Positions 40,350 through 52,289 of a DNA stretch of 64,000 nt are shown in pieces (the first letter of the stretch is position 1; each line of letters starts with the position of its first letter). Below the pieces are notes generated by a model that saw nothing but the letters and a program-made list of their open reading frames with translations, made no database searches and was not told where the DNA came from. The stretch lies in the NCBI RefSeq assembly GCF_009914755.1, contig NC_060935.1; one strand, 5' to 3'. The position numbers and the translations under genes are program-made. The stretch comes from the human T2T-CHM13v2.0 reference genome, Homo sapiens.

Positions 40350-40945
40350 ATTTACTTACATGACTTCATTAAATTCTTCCACAAACCCTACAGCATTGCC
40401 CACAACATAAAAAACTCAGAACAGATTAATTACTCACTCAAGGTCGCACAGTGATAAAGCCGTTTTTAAATTGAAAGGTCAGTCAGTATTTATGCTCTTA
40501 ATTACAACACTCTACTGTTTCAATCAACTCTGACTATAGGGTAAGAGCTGAGATTCAGGAAATATATTTTGAAGAAAGACCATCATCTCTATATTCACAC
40601 AGATTAGGTCCAAATCCTTAATTCCATTTATACTAACTGGGTCATCATAAGTAAGCTTACAAATTGATTCATCCTTTCATTATTTATTTATTTCTTCACT
40701 CATTTATATATCCATCCCATAATTCATATTGTTCATGTAGATAATGATAGCTATTGAGAATCTACTGTTTACCAACACTATGCTTAAACACTTTGAACAT
40801 CAGTTGATTATTTCAGTCAACAACGTGGGAATGCTGATATCTATTTCACAGTGTTTCGTAAGGATTAAATAATCAAACATAAAAATATAGCTAGTATTGT
40901 ATCTAGCCTATGGCGTACACTCAATAAAAGGTAAATATTTTTAAG
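40350..40945. mobile_element. MIR/L2 fragments
   Basis: tactcactcaaggtcgcacagt; gtaaggattaaataat...cactcaataaa. Boundaries are approximate. Confidence 0.55.
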
Positions 40946-41490
40946 TTATTATTATTACGTGGTACACTCATTTGCATTATTTTATACTGTGTATCTGATG
41001 AAATGGCTAAAAGAACATTTTTAAGTCTGCCTAGGAAATTTCTTTATTCTGACCCATTGGAAAGGAAATAAGAGTATATAGAAATATAAATTGCCAGAGG
41101 AAAATCCCAAATAGAGGATGAAAATGTCCAAACTCAGTATACTTAGATTTAGTAGAGATGAAAATTATTTATCTCAAATCCAGAGGTATATGATATTATA
41201 AAATCATCTTTAAAACCAATAATCAAAGTTCCAGAAAATTTTCTATGGGAGAAGTTTCAGTAGTGATAGAAATGAACAGTTTATGGAAAACATTCATGTT
41301 AGAAGGTGAGCTTATCATAGAATATTTGAAAGCCCTTAAGAGTGCATATTTTGTTTTTTCAGAAGTAAAATAAAGATTAATGAACAGTATATAAATAACT
41401 TATATTTCATAAATTAAAAATACTGGATATATTAAAACATTTCTATGTAGCATCTTATATTAAAAATCTTCAAGGTAAGTGCCAAAGGGA

Positions 41491-41591
41491 GATATATATA
41501 TATATATATGTGTGTGTGTATATATATATATGTAACATATATATATATGTAACATATATATATATGTAACATATATATATATGTATGTAAC
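41491..41591. repeat. TA-rich repeat with (TA)nTGTAACA units
   Basis: Directly visible, 3-4 units. Confidence 0.9.
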
Positions 41592-44044
41592 TATTTTCTT
41601 AAATCTTCTTGATTGTGTAGTATCTCATTTACAGGATTAGTAAAAGTTTCAAATTTTTAAACTCAAATTCCCTTAGTTAATTCTATGTTGTTACTCAAAA
41701 TGACTTTTTATTAGAGGATAGACTATCTAAATTCTCATGTATAGAATACAATATTTCACGTAAATACCTTTATGTAAGAATATAAAGGAGAATTATGTGG
41801 CTGGGAAACAATGTTTTTGGTTTAAATTAATCAGTACAATTTTTATGTCTGATCAAGGTAGAGACTCTCTTTAGGGATTATTGACAACTACACAGCCAAG
41901 CAAGAAACAATAATATTCATTAGTTGTTATTTAGCTATATATAAATATCAGGAACGACCTCTAACTCTTTGTGTCACCCATTAGGTAACCTCCATATTCT
42001 GAAATTTTTGTCAATAAGCCTAGATCCAGGGACTGTAGATCTGGTAGAAAAACAAAACAGTTACCTTGAACATCTTTTGACTTCTTTATTCTCTGCAGTG
42101 CATTGGTGTTCATGTCTTACAAGACACAAGTAAAGTTCAGGGGTCCATTTCAGGATGTTTGTAATAAGGAAATGGAACATTCAGGTTGTTCCATTTCCTT
42201 ATTACAAAAATCATCTTATTTGTTTAGTACTTCACTAATAAACTCTAATCCCTCCTTCTCAGTCCTTCCCTTCTTCTCATGGAGAGTATTTTTGATTGAA
42301 TGTTAGAAGGTTTGGGGTTATAAACATCTATATTTATTTTAAAAAATAATTATCAAAAATAATTATTAATCATCAATAATCTCACAATAGTAAGATTTGC
42401 TTATCTCCAAAAAAGAAAGTTATTTTTTACAATCCAAACCACAGGTTTTTTCATGATGAAAACATTATCACTTATGACTATCCATAAATCTGTCATTTCC
42501 ACTTTTTATGTTTATGATACATTTTCTGTGATAAAGGACTTCTCTTCAATTCTAGCAATATACTTAAATTCACCACTATTCTAATTTTCTGTTTGTTCAG
42601 TATTCAATGTTAAATTCTCCAGTAACTGATTCCAATAATACTTGTACAAAAACTTCTTAGACTACAATGTATATTTTCCCTAAATGCCCAGAAATTGCTG
42701 CAAATAATCATACAAACAATCCAAATGAAACTCTTCATTCCAGTTATTGAAACACATTGCACATGGATAACTTGAAAATAATTGGCATGTATGCTATCAA
42801 TCTCTCTCGGCTGTTTGATAATTACTGAGGTTCTGTAATTACTGAGGTTCTGTCTATAAGAACAGCAAAAATATAATTTTAGAATCTTATACCTTTTTTG
42901 AAGACAACAATACAAAAATACCATTTGAAGTATAGCTGTAACTTTGTATTTGATTCTAACATTGGTGTTGGGAAGGGAGAATAACGTAAGTTTAGGTTTA
43001 CATATTTTAGTGAAAGGAGAACTTGATTGGAAATGCTGTTACCAACCATGACCCAGTGAAGTGTTTACAAGAGTAATTTTTACTGTAGAAAGACTCTAGA
43101 GTGTTGAAACTGAAACACTGAAACTGAATCATTCACAAAGCCATGCCAGGTATTATTTCTATCAGATGCTGATTAATGCATACATTTTATTTAGAGGAAG
43201 TTACTACTGAGTTATTAAAATGGGAGACTGTCAGTTTCAGAGTGATTGATGTCTAGAATGGAAAAGATTTACGAGTTAGGTTTGAAGAAGTATCTAAAAC
43301 ATTTCTAGTGTGGATTTTTCAAGTGTAAATATCTAAAACAAATAATTTGTTTATTTTATTATCTAACCAAACTTGCAATGAATGCCCACTATAACCAAGC
43401 CCCTGAGCTAGGTACTGTGATCTGTCCTGAGATAGTTACAGTTTCTCAGCTGAATGAGTTATGGACCATGCTCTCAGGTATCTGAAGAAAATTATATGAC
43501 TATGTCAAATATTAATAAAATAAATACTATAAGGAAAGTGGACTACTAGCTGTTAAAATTAATGAAACAATCATTCTTGGATCAACTGCCACTTGAGCTT
43601 ACTCCTCTAAAATTTAGTCTTTTAGAATTTAGACACATAGAGCCAATGCAAGAAAGGTATTACTAGACAAAGGAAGGTACAAAATTAAAGAAACATCTGG
43701 CTGTAATATGATCCTAGCACACTGTTGCTTTTGGTATGCGAGATAAGTAAAGGTTGAATTTAGAGAATAGGATGATTGGATGACATGGCGTAGTAAAATC
43801 ATTAAGAGACCTGAATGACAAGCCCAGAAGTTTAGGTTTTACTTCATTGATAGTGGATAGCACCTAGAGTTCTATGAGCAGAAGAACATCTAGGTTTTCT
43901 AGAGTAGAAAATACAGTGAAAATACTCAGAAAGGGAAAAACAAATACAGTCCCTTTCTGAGTTTTTAAGATGGCCCTGGGGCTGCTTTAGTATATAAAGT
44001 AAAATGCTAGTATGTCAACATTTTCAATAGAATCATTAGGGCCT

Positions 44045-44339
44045 GGCCTGGTGTGCTGGCTCAGGCCTGTAACCCTAGCACTTTGGGAGGCTGAGGTTGG
44101 TGGATTGTTTGAGCCCAGGAGTTTGTGAACAGCCTGAGCATCATGGTGAAACCATGTCTCTACAAAAAATGCAAAAATTAGACGGGTGTGGTGGTACACA
44201 CCTGTAGTCCCAGCTACTCCAGGACACTGAGGCAGCAGGATCGCTGGAACCCAAGAGGTCAAGGCTTCAGTGAGCCATGATCATGCCACTGCATTCCAGC
44301 CTGGGTGCCAGAGTGAGACCTTGTCTGAAAAAAAAAAAA
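44045..44339 (+). mobile_element. AluJ with TSD
   Basis: gagcccaggagttt and aggtcaaggct diagnostics. TSD gaatcatta. Confidence 0.95.
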
Positions 44340-45279
44340 GAATCATTAAGGCTTCACAAATACTTTTCGGCCAAATTAAAATTGAGTTGACTTAGAATTG
44401 CATAGCTCTTTTGTGAGAATTTCTTTTTTAAAAATAAGACCTTAATAAAAGTAGATACAAACAGAATGCCTCTAGATAATAAGACTTACTGAATAGAACA
44501 TATTTAAATAATAGGACTTATTTTAATTTGCATTCATATGTGAAATTGATACCATGCATATGCAAATTTTGAAGGAGCTGACTTTAAAAATTTAGGGAAA
44601 TAAAGGCAAAATGCAGACCCCAATTCTTTTTACATTTCAGTCTGTAAGCTCTAAAGTGATTTAAGTACCTCGGCTGATAAGTCAAAGTTGATATAAAAAT
44701 ATTAAACATTTCCTTATTTTCTCAGTCTGAGTTCTGAAGCTAAACTATATAAGTCATGGCTTCAAACTGAGAAGGAAATGTCCAGTTTGCCTCTAAACAT
44801 AACTGAAATGTACATGGCTTCAACCCTGTCAAGTGCTTGCTTTCTGGCATTGGAAATAAGCCAGATGGCCACCTAGCATCATCAGCATCCCATGACGATG
44901 AACAACTGAAAATTTGCTGGGTGATCAAACATAATTTAAAGTCTTCTAACCTTAGAAATTCAAGATAGATATTATCGTGATAGAGTCAATCAATCATTTT
45001 TTAAAAGCATAATTACCTGCTTTGTCCCCAACCTTCTTCCCACTGTGACCAAATAAATAATTTACATGGCACAAGTATAAAGTCCTTCTGCATGTCTCAG
45101 GTATTAAAAAATAGGGCAAAAAAAAAAAAACCTTCATTACATATCTCAAATGAGAAAAATACCATCCAGGGCATAGGCAGGCAGATAAAATAGAAACTTG
45201 TATGGCTCAGTGAAAAAGACTAGATATTGCCACATATAGAAGTATTAAAAATCTCTGAGGTCCCTAAATATACAGGCAA

Positions 45280-45545
45280 TTGAGTTTTCAAAAGGTGTCA
45301 AGATAATTTAATGTGGAAAAGGTAGTCTTTTAAATAAATGGTATTGAAATTGGATATCCATATCCAAAAAAACTTTTTTTCTCACACTACAAATATGTAT
45401 AAAAATGAAGTATATTGTGTACTTAAATTTATGAGCTAAAACCATGTAACATCTAGAACAAAAAATAGAAGAAAATCCTTGCGACTTCGGATTAGGCAAA
45501 TATTTATTCAATAGGATACAAAAAGCATAAAGCATAACAACCAAA
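45280..45545 (+). mobile_element. Old L1M ORF2 fragment
   Basis: ggaaaaggtagtcttt...aaatggtattg...ggatatccatat...acatctagaacaaaaaatagaagaaaatcctt. Confidence 0.75.
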
Positions 45546-45966
45546 GAACAAGCAAAAAACTGTAGGTTCAGGTGGCAATAGGTTTAGTATTCCTTCAGAG
45601 ATTCATTATAGCTTTTGTTTTTCTATATAGTTTTGATGAAACTTTCTATTTTGCTAAACTATGAGATCTGCCAATGCAGAAAATTTTTATTTTGATACTT
45701 TAATATCTAATATAGTATTCCTCACTTTAAAATGCTTAGTAAATGTTGACTAAGAAAAAAAACAAATAGACTAAATTTTTCTCCATTTCTTTTATTGCTG
45801 TTACTATAGAACACTGACTTATAATAAAATTCATGTATACATGTGTATTTATTTACCTATAGCCATGTCTAATCATGGGTGTCCCATCGAACAGAGCTAA
45901 GGCATTAATTTCTCTTTATGGAATATACAAAGACCTCTTCCTAAACACATATTTCAGCTTTCATGA

Positions 45967-46290
<324 letters not shown>

Positions 46291-47470
46291 AACAAAATTT
46301 TTAGTAAACAACTTTTTATATTTATGAAGTTTAATGTCTTTAACCAAGCAGAAAAAAATATTAGTGAATATGCTCCACATGAGCAAGTACACAGAAATGA
46401 TTTTTTTTTTGGCTCTACCACCTTATATATGCATAGACTTTCATTGCAAGAAAAGTATGCTCTTCACTACCGAGATAACCAGGCCTCCTAAGTCCAGAGT
46501 AGTTGAGGTTGTAATATTGTGACAAAATCTGTTTTCCTGTAGGAGGCATTAGTAATAATTCCCTTTCCCTTTAATCCACTTAGTCATAATAGTAAAATTC
46601 ATTATTATCCTTATTTTTTTTGTGTAGACCTCAAGAGCAGCAAGAAACATGTATATTCCTGGGAGAAGAAAGGTTACCAAGATGTTTGCCCTCGCATTTC
46701 TTTCTCAGAAGTCACCCCACTGCAGAGAATCATAGCAAACACCCACACTACTCTTTGTGTAGAGTTGTCTCAAAACACACTTTAGTTTAAAATATGCACA
46801 CATTCTTGGAAAATATCACAGGAGGTGTCAGGAAAAGAGAAGGAAAGAGCTCTAGAGATGGGTAAATTATTTCTTTTGCAAAGTTATTAAATTATTAAAG
46901 TTTCATGGTGTGCTATTGCAAGAGCAAACTTGTCCCTGTAAACTGGATTAGAGGGATGTCACCTTCAAGTCTCCTCTCATTATTATTTGATGTGTGTTGA
47001 ACACCAACAGGGAACTTTGATAGCTTTTAGGATCTCTCCGAATCATCAGTATTAAAGATGAAGAGGAGAAGAAAACACACAGAACAAAACTAGCAGGTCC
47101 TCTAGTCCCTAGAGGAGTTGGTTTGGCTCCTACTAAAGATTTGAAGGAACAGGCCTAGTGTGTATAATACATAAGGAGGCACTCTGGAGTGACTTATTCT
47201 TGAACTAACATCTGATACTAATAATCTAAGTGCCTGTTCAGAAAAAATGCACTTCTTTAGAAAACTATGTGCCCCATGACAATGTCACTTTCTAATTCCA
47301 CCTGTCTATTACACTTCTCCTTATAGTTAAAGCCATTTGACTCCCAGATCAAGGTCTTCCCCTAAAATTCTTAGTAGTGTTATTATTTACCAACTATCTA
47401 TAGAAGAAAAATTGCCTTCTCTTCTGTATTATTTTCAACTTGATATTGTACTAGACTACCGGCCCATACC

Positions 47471-47765
47471 TTTTTTTTTTTTTGAGACGAAGTCCCACTC
47501 TGTCACCCAGGCTGGAGTGCAGTGGGCGATCTATGCTCACTGCAAGCTCCGCCTCCTGGGTTCACACCATTCTCCTGCCTCAGCCTCCTGAGTAGCTGGG
47601 ACTACAGGTGCCTGCTACCACGCCCGGCTAATTTTTTTGTATTTTTTAGTGGAGACGGGGTTTCACCGTGTTAGCCAGGATGGTCTCGATCTCCTGATCT
47701 TCTGATCCGCCCACCTCGGCCTCCCAAAGTGCTGGGATTACAGGCTTGTGCCACAGCGCCCAGCC
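47471..47765 (-). mobile_element. AluY with TSD
   Basis: tgcaagctccgcc and ccattctcc diagnostics. TSD actacc(g/a)gcccatac. Confidence 0.97.
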
Positions 47766-47856
47766 TACTACCAGCCCATACTTGTTGTACACTCTCTACC
47801 TTGCACATTCTGTTTGTGATATTAAAATCCCAGTAACATCTCTTCCTTTCCAGGAT

Positions 47857-47934
47857 ATATATATATAAATATGCATAATTATATATATAGTGTGTGTGTG
47901 TGTGCGCGCCTGTGTGTGGATGTGCGTGTGTGTG
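47857..47934. repeat. (TA)/(TG) microsatellite
   Basis: Directly visible. Confidence 0.85.
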
Positions 47935-48084
47935 ATTTTTTTTCCTTAACATAAATGAAGGTTAGAGATTACCACCAGATACACTGGTCTTTCTTTGTTT
48001 CAAACATATTATGCTTATTTTTACCTGTTTCTTCATAGGCTCCTCTTTTTACAAGACTTTGAATATATCATTCCTTCTTATTTT

Positions 48085-48390
48085 ATGAGTTTTAACTTAG
48101 CTGCCATATCCTCAGAGAAGCTTTCCACACTCAACCAATCTAAAGGTAGATACTCTACCTAGTTGCTCTCTGTAGCATAGCATCAACTTTTTTTCCCATC
48201 ATAGCACATATGATTGTCTGATACTATATATGTTTGTATGATTTTCTCTTCTCCACCAACCCCTTGTCAGTACAATGTCATCTCTAAAAGTAGGGCTCTC
48301 ATCAGTCTGTTCATATCTGTTAACTCTCGTGTCTACAAAGGTGCCTACCATCTAATGGGCATTTTATAAATATTGATTGGATAAAAAGCA
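48085..48390 (+). mobile_element. L2 3' end
   Basis: tcctcagagaagctttcc...tctgttcat...gtgcctaccatctaatgggcatttt ataaatattg. Confidence 0.7.
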
Positions 48391-48976
48391 ATAAAGACCC
48401 TGTGGAAATTGGCTCTCATCTTAATCCCACCATTTGTGGGAAATTTCACATCTGCCTCAGGTAAAGAAAATACATCCACTTATAAAATAACTATTTAAGA
48501 AGTCCTTAGTCTGCAAGAAGCACTATGGAGCTTAAAAAAAAAATACAACATCTACACATTCTGCATTTTCTCAGGACCCTACAGTCTAATTGAGAAGATG
48601 AGTTATGATAATACATGACTGCATCATAATGTGTTAAAAAAAATACAAATAGAGTCCATGGACTTCAGGAGTAGTGAATCTACCTATAGTTGGAGAAATC
48701 AGAGAGGACTTATGCATGGAAGCAAAAGATATACTTAAAGACAGCGAAAAGGAGATTATAGAGATAATAAGGACAGAGGAAAGAGGTTACCTGGTCAGAT
48801 AGGCGTACCAGGCCTGAAAAGGAGGTATCTAGAAAGCTTACATAGGAAGAACATGAAAGCTGTTGAAAAGCAGAATAAAAAGTCAGACTTTAATCTTCAG
48901 ACCAGTCTTTCTTAAAACAGATCCCTAGATTTACTGGGTATAAGAGGAGCCAAATATGAAAAGCAATTCTACACTA

Positions 48977-49181
48977 CTGGTGAGCAAACTAGGGCCTACA
49001 GATTAACTCTGCCTGTAAATAAGGTTTTGCTGGAATATAACCCACACCCATTAGTTTAGATATTGTTTATAGCTTTTCACTGCAGTGGTGTATTTGACCA
49101 GCTGTAACAGAGGCAGTATATATCAGAAAAATACAATATTTACCACCTGGTCCTTTACAGAGACTGCCTGCTGGCTTTTGG
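48977..49181. mobile_element. MER58A-like hAT DNA transposon
   Basis: gtaaataaggttttgctggaa...aatatttaccacctggtcctttacaga. Confidence 0.75.
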
Positions 49182-49638
49182 TATAGGTAATGGTAAACCA
49201 CTTATTATTTTTCAAAAAAAGTAAAACAAATTATTATAGTATTTTGGAGAATTTAATTTAACAGAAACATATTACGTGAGATAAAATAGATGCATTCCAG
49301 AAGCAAGGTAACAGGTTACTAAGAAATGAAAAAGTCTAAGAAAATATTACAAGGATTTGGAAGATGGTCGTAGCAATGAAATGCAAGAAGGGACTAGATA
49401 TAAGAAATGTTCTAACAATGAACTGTATAGCAAATACATAATAACATAAAGAAAATAAAAGTTGATTGAGACCTAGAACTTCAGTTACTAAGAAGCTAAC
49501 TGATGGTAGACAAAATAGGGAACCCCAAATTAGAGATATATATGGGGGGAAGCATATATTGAGTATGTGTGATTAAAACTTTTAGCAGACCGTTCTGTGG
49601 ACACATCCAATGGACTTTCACTTGAACTGAAAAACAGA

Positions 49639-49945
49639 GGCCAGGTGCAGTGGCTCATGCTTGTAATCCCAGCACTTTAGGAGGCTGAGGCGGGAGGATC
49701 ACCTGAGGTCAGGAGTTCAAGAAGAGCCTGGCCAACATGGCTCAACCCCGTCTCTACTAAAAATACAAAAAAATTAGCTGGACATGGTGGCGTGCGCCTG
49801 TAGTCTCACCTACTCGGGAGGTTGAGGCAAGAGAACCGCTTGAACCCGGTCAGCGGAGGTTTACAGTGATCTGAGATCGCACCACTGCACTCCAGCCTGG
49901 GTGACAGAGCGAGACTCCATCTCTACAAAAAAAAGAAAAAAAAAA
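49639..49945 (+). mobile_element. AluSx-like
   Basis: Full dimer with A tail. Confidence 0.95.
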
Positions 49946-50160
49946 TTGAAGTCAGCAATGGAAGTGAATGAACCATAGTTTACTTTGGTGTATTAGTTAT
50001 AACTCTGGGAGTTGCTAAGGAGGAAGAAGTAATAGGGAAATAGGAGAGCCAAATGTGGAAAGTAAAATTAAGTTTTAAAATGGAGTGGGGTGAGAAAAGA
50101 ATGCTGAGACAGACACCTATACTTATCCATCACTCTTTAATTTACCATCTGAATCATGGG

Positions 50161-50477
50161 TCTTTTTCTTTTCTTTTTTCTTTTTTTTCCAACAACGTCT
50201 CACTCTGTTTCCCAGGTCCAGGCTGGAGTGCTGTGGCGTGATCATGGCCTACTACAGCCTTGGTCTCCTGAGCTCAATCGATCCTCCCATCTCGGCCTGC
50301 TGAGTAACTAGTACTACATACATGTGTCACCACACTCAACTAATTTTTTTTTTTTTTTTTGAGAGATGGTGTTACTTTGCTGCCTAGGCTGGTCTGGAAC
50401 TCCTGGCCTCAAGTGATTCTCCTGCCTCAACCTTCCAAAGTGCTGAGATTACAGGCATGCACCATCACTCCCAGCCC
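50161..50477 (-). mobile_element. AluJ
   Basis: Diverged dimer. TSD-like ctgaatcatgggtctttt / ctgaatagtggatctttt. Confidence 0.92.
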
Positions 50478-51532
50478 CTGAATAGTGGATCTTTTTATTT
50501 CTTCACACACTTCTAGGAGTTCATGTAGCTTATACCATGGCGGAAATAAAAGACTAAACTGAAAATCAATTCAAGACATTGGTATCAGGAAAAAATACTT
50601 TGGCTCTAAAATATGCAAGGAACAGTTTTTCATCTTATACTCAAATAAGCAGGTGACTTTCCTGTACACAAGGAACAGAATATACTGTATTTCAACATAG
50701 CACAAAAATGGAATGAAGCTAAAGCACATAGCACTGAAAGAAGAGAAAAACGTCTTTCCAGATTTAGCAAATAACCAGTAGATATTTTATGAAACATATT
50801 GAAGAAGGAAGATCTTCATATAAATTCACAGTAAATAAAAGAGTCAGAGCCTTCCTCAAATAGAATTAGTGCCCTGACAAAAAGGAACAAACACTTCCAT
50901 TGTGGACTAAATGCTACAAAAACAATATGCAGAGCAAATTAGTGGAATCTGGAAAATATGAATACTGAGCCAGAAAAACATCACATAACAACAACAAAAA
51001 ATTCCCTTTAACAACGTCGGTTATATTCTTATTGGCTCATTAAAGGAAAGGGACTAGAACTTTATATTAACAGTTGTTTAGTATTTATAAATAGTTAAAT
51101 ATATGTATAATCAATTCTAGAATTACATTTCTGTGGTCCTCATACCTCGGTATGGATTTACTTGCCATCAGTTAAGCTTTCAGTTACCTTATATAGGTGT
51201 AAATCAAAGAAACCCGCTAGTCAGTAAAATATAGCTGAATGCAATGGATGAATCCAAACTGACGATTTTGGTGAAGACATCATGCTTAAGGTGTGAACCC
51301 GATAAGTAGCACCATCTCAGAACACAGTCTTAATGAGGATCGTTTTTCTCTGTGTATCCTGTATGTTGCATTGGCACAGTCCTTCTTTCTCACCTACATA
51401 CTCAATTACACAAAGAATTCTCCACAAAGAGTGCTTAGTAATTTGAATGTTAGGAACTGCAAAAAATATAATTGTGCTCATCAGACTAGTCATCTATAAT
51501 TATAAGAAAATGCATTTGCTATGTGTTTTATC

Positions 51533-51803
51533 TTTTTTTTTTTTGCGGGGGGAGGGTGTCGGGAGGAGACAAGGTCTTGCTCTGTCACTCAGGCTGGCAT
51601 GCAGTGGTGCAATCACAGCTCACTTCAGCCTCCACCTCCCAGGCTCAAGTAATCCTTGCACCTCAGCCATATACTACCATGCCGAGCTAATTTTTCCTTT
51701 TTTTGATTTCCAGGGTTGGTCTTTAACTCTTGGGCTCAAGAAATCCTCCCACCTAGGCCTCCCAAAGTGCTGGGATTACAGGTGTGAGGCACCACGCTTG
51801 GCC
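51533..51803 (-). mobile_element. AluJ with internal deletions
   Basis: Right and left arms are recognisable, each with missing segments. Confidence 0.88.
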
Positions 51804-51816
51804 TGTTTTTACCTTT

Positions 51817-51953
51817 ATTTTATTTTATTTTTTTATAGAGATGAGGTCTCACTATGTTGCCCAGGCTGGTCTCAAACACCTGAGCTCAAGTGATCCTCTC
51901 GCCACAGCCTCCCAAAGTGCTGGGATTACAAGCGTGAACCACTGTGCCTAGCC
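51817..51953 (-). mobile_element. FLAM-like / Alu left monomer with TSD
   Basis: Monomer with a (TTTTA)n tail, flanked by tgtttttaccttt at 51804 and 51955. Confidence 0.88.
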
Positions 51954-52196
51954 TTGTTTTTACCTTTTATATTCATGTTTCAATTGATTCTTAAACCAAC
52001 ATCACAAAGCATTAGTGAAATTATTACTTTTCTATTTTGGAAAATAATGTGTGTTAGAAGGTTAAGAGCTAGCCAAAGGCCACACACAAATGATAGCCTA
52101 AATTTTTGTTTCAGTGTCCTTTGAGGTGTATTTGGGTGGTCATTTGTTTTTCTCATATTTTCATACATATCCTAACCATGTGTGGCACATTTTTCT

Positions 52197-52289
52197 TATA
52201 TATATATATGTCTCATATATATATAATATATATTATATGTATATATTATATATAATATTATATATTATATAATTATATTATATATATAT
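52197..52289. repeat. AT-rich low-complexity repeat
   Basis: Directly visible. Confidence 0.9.
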
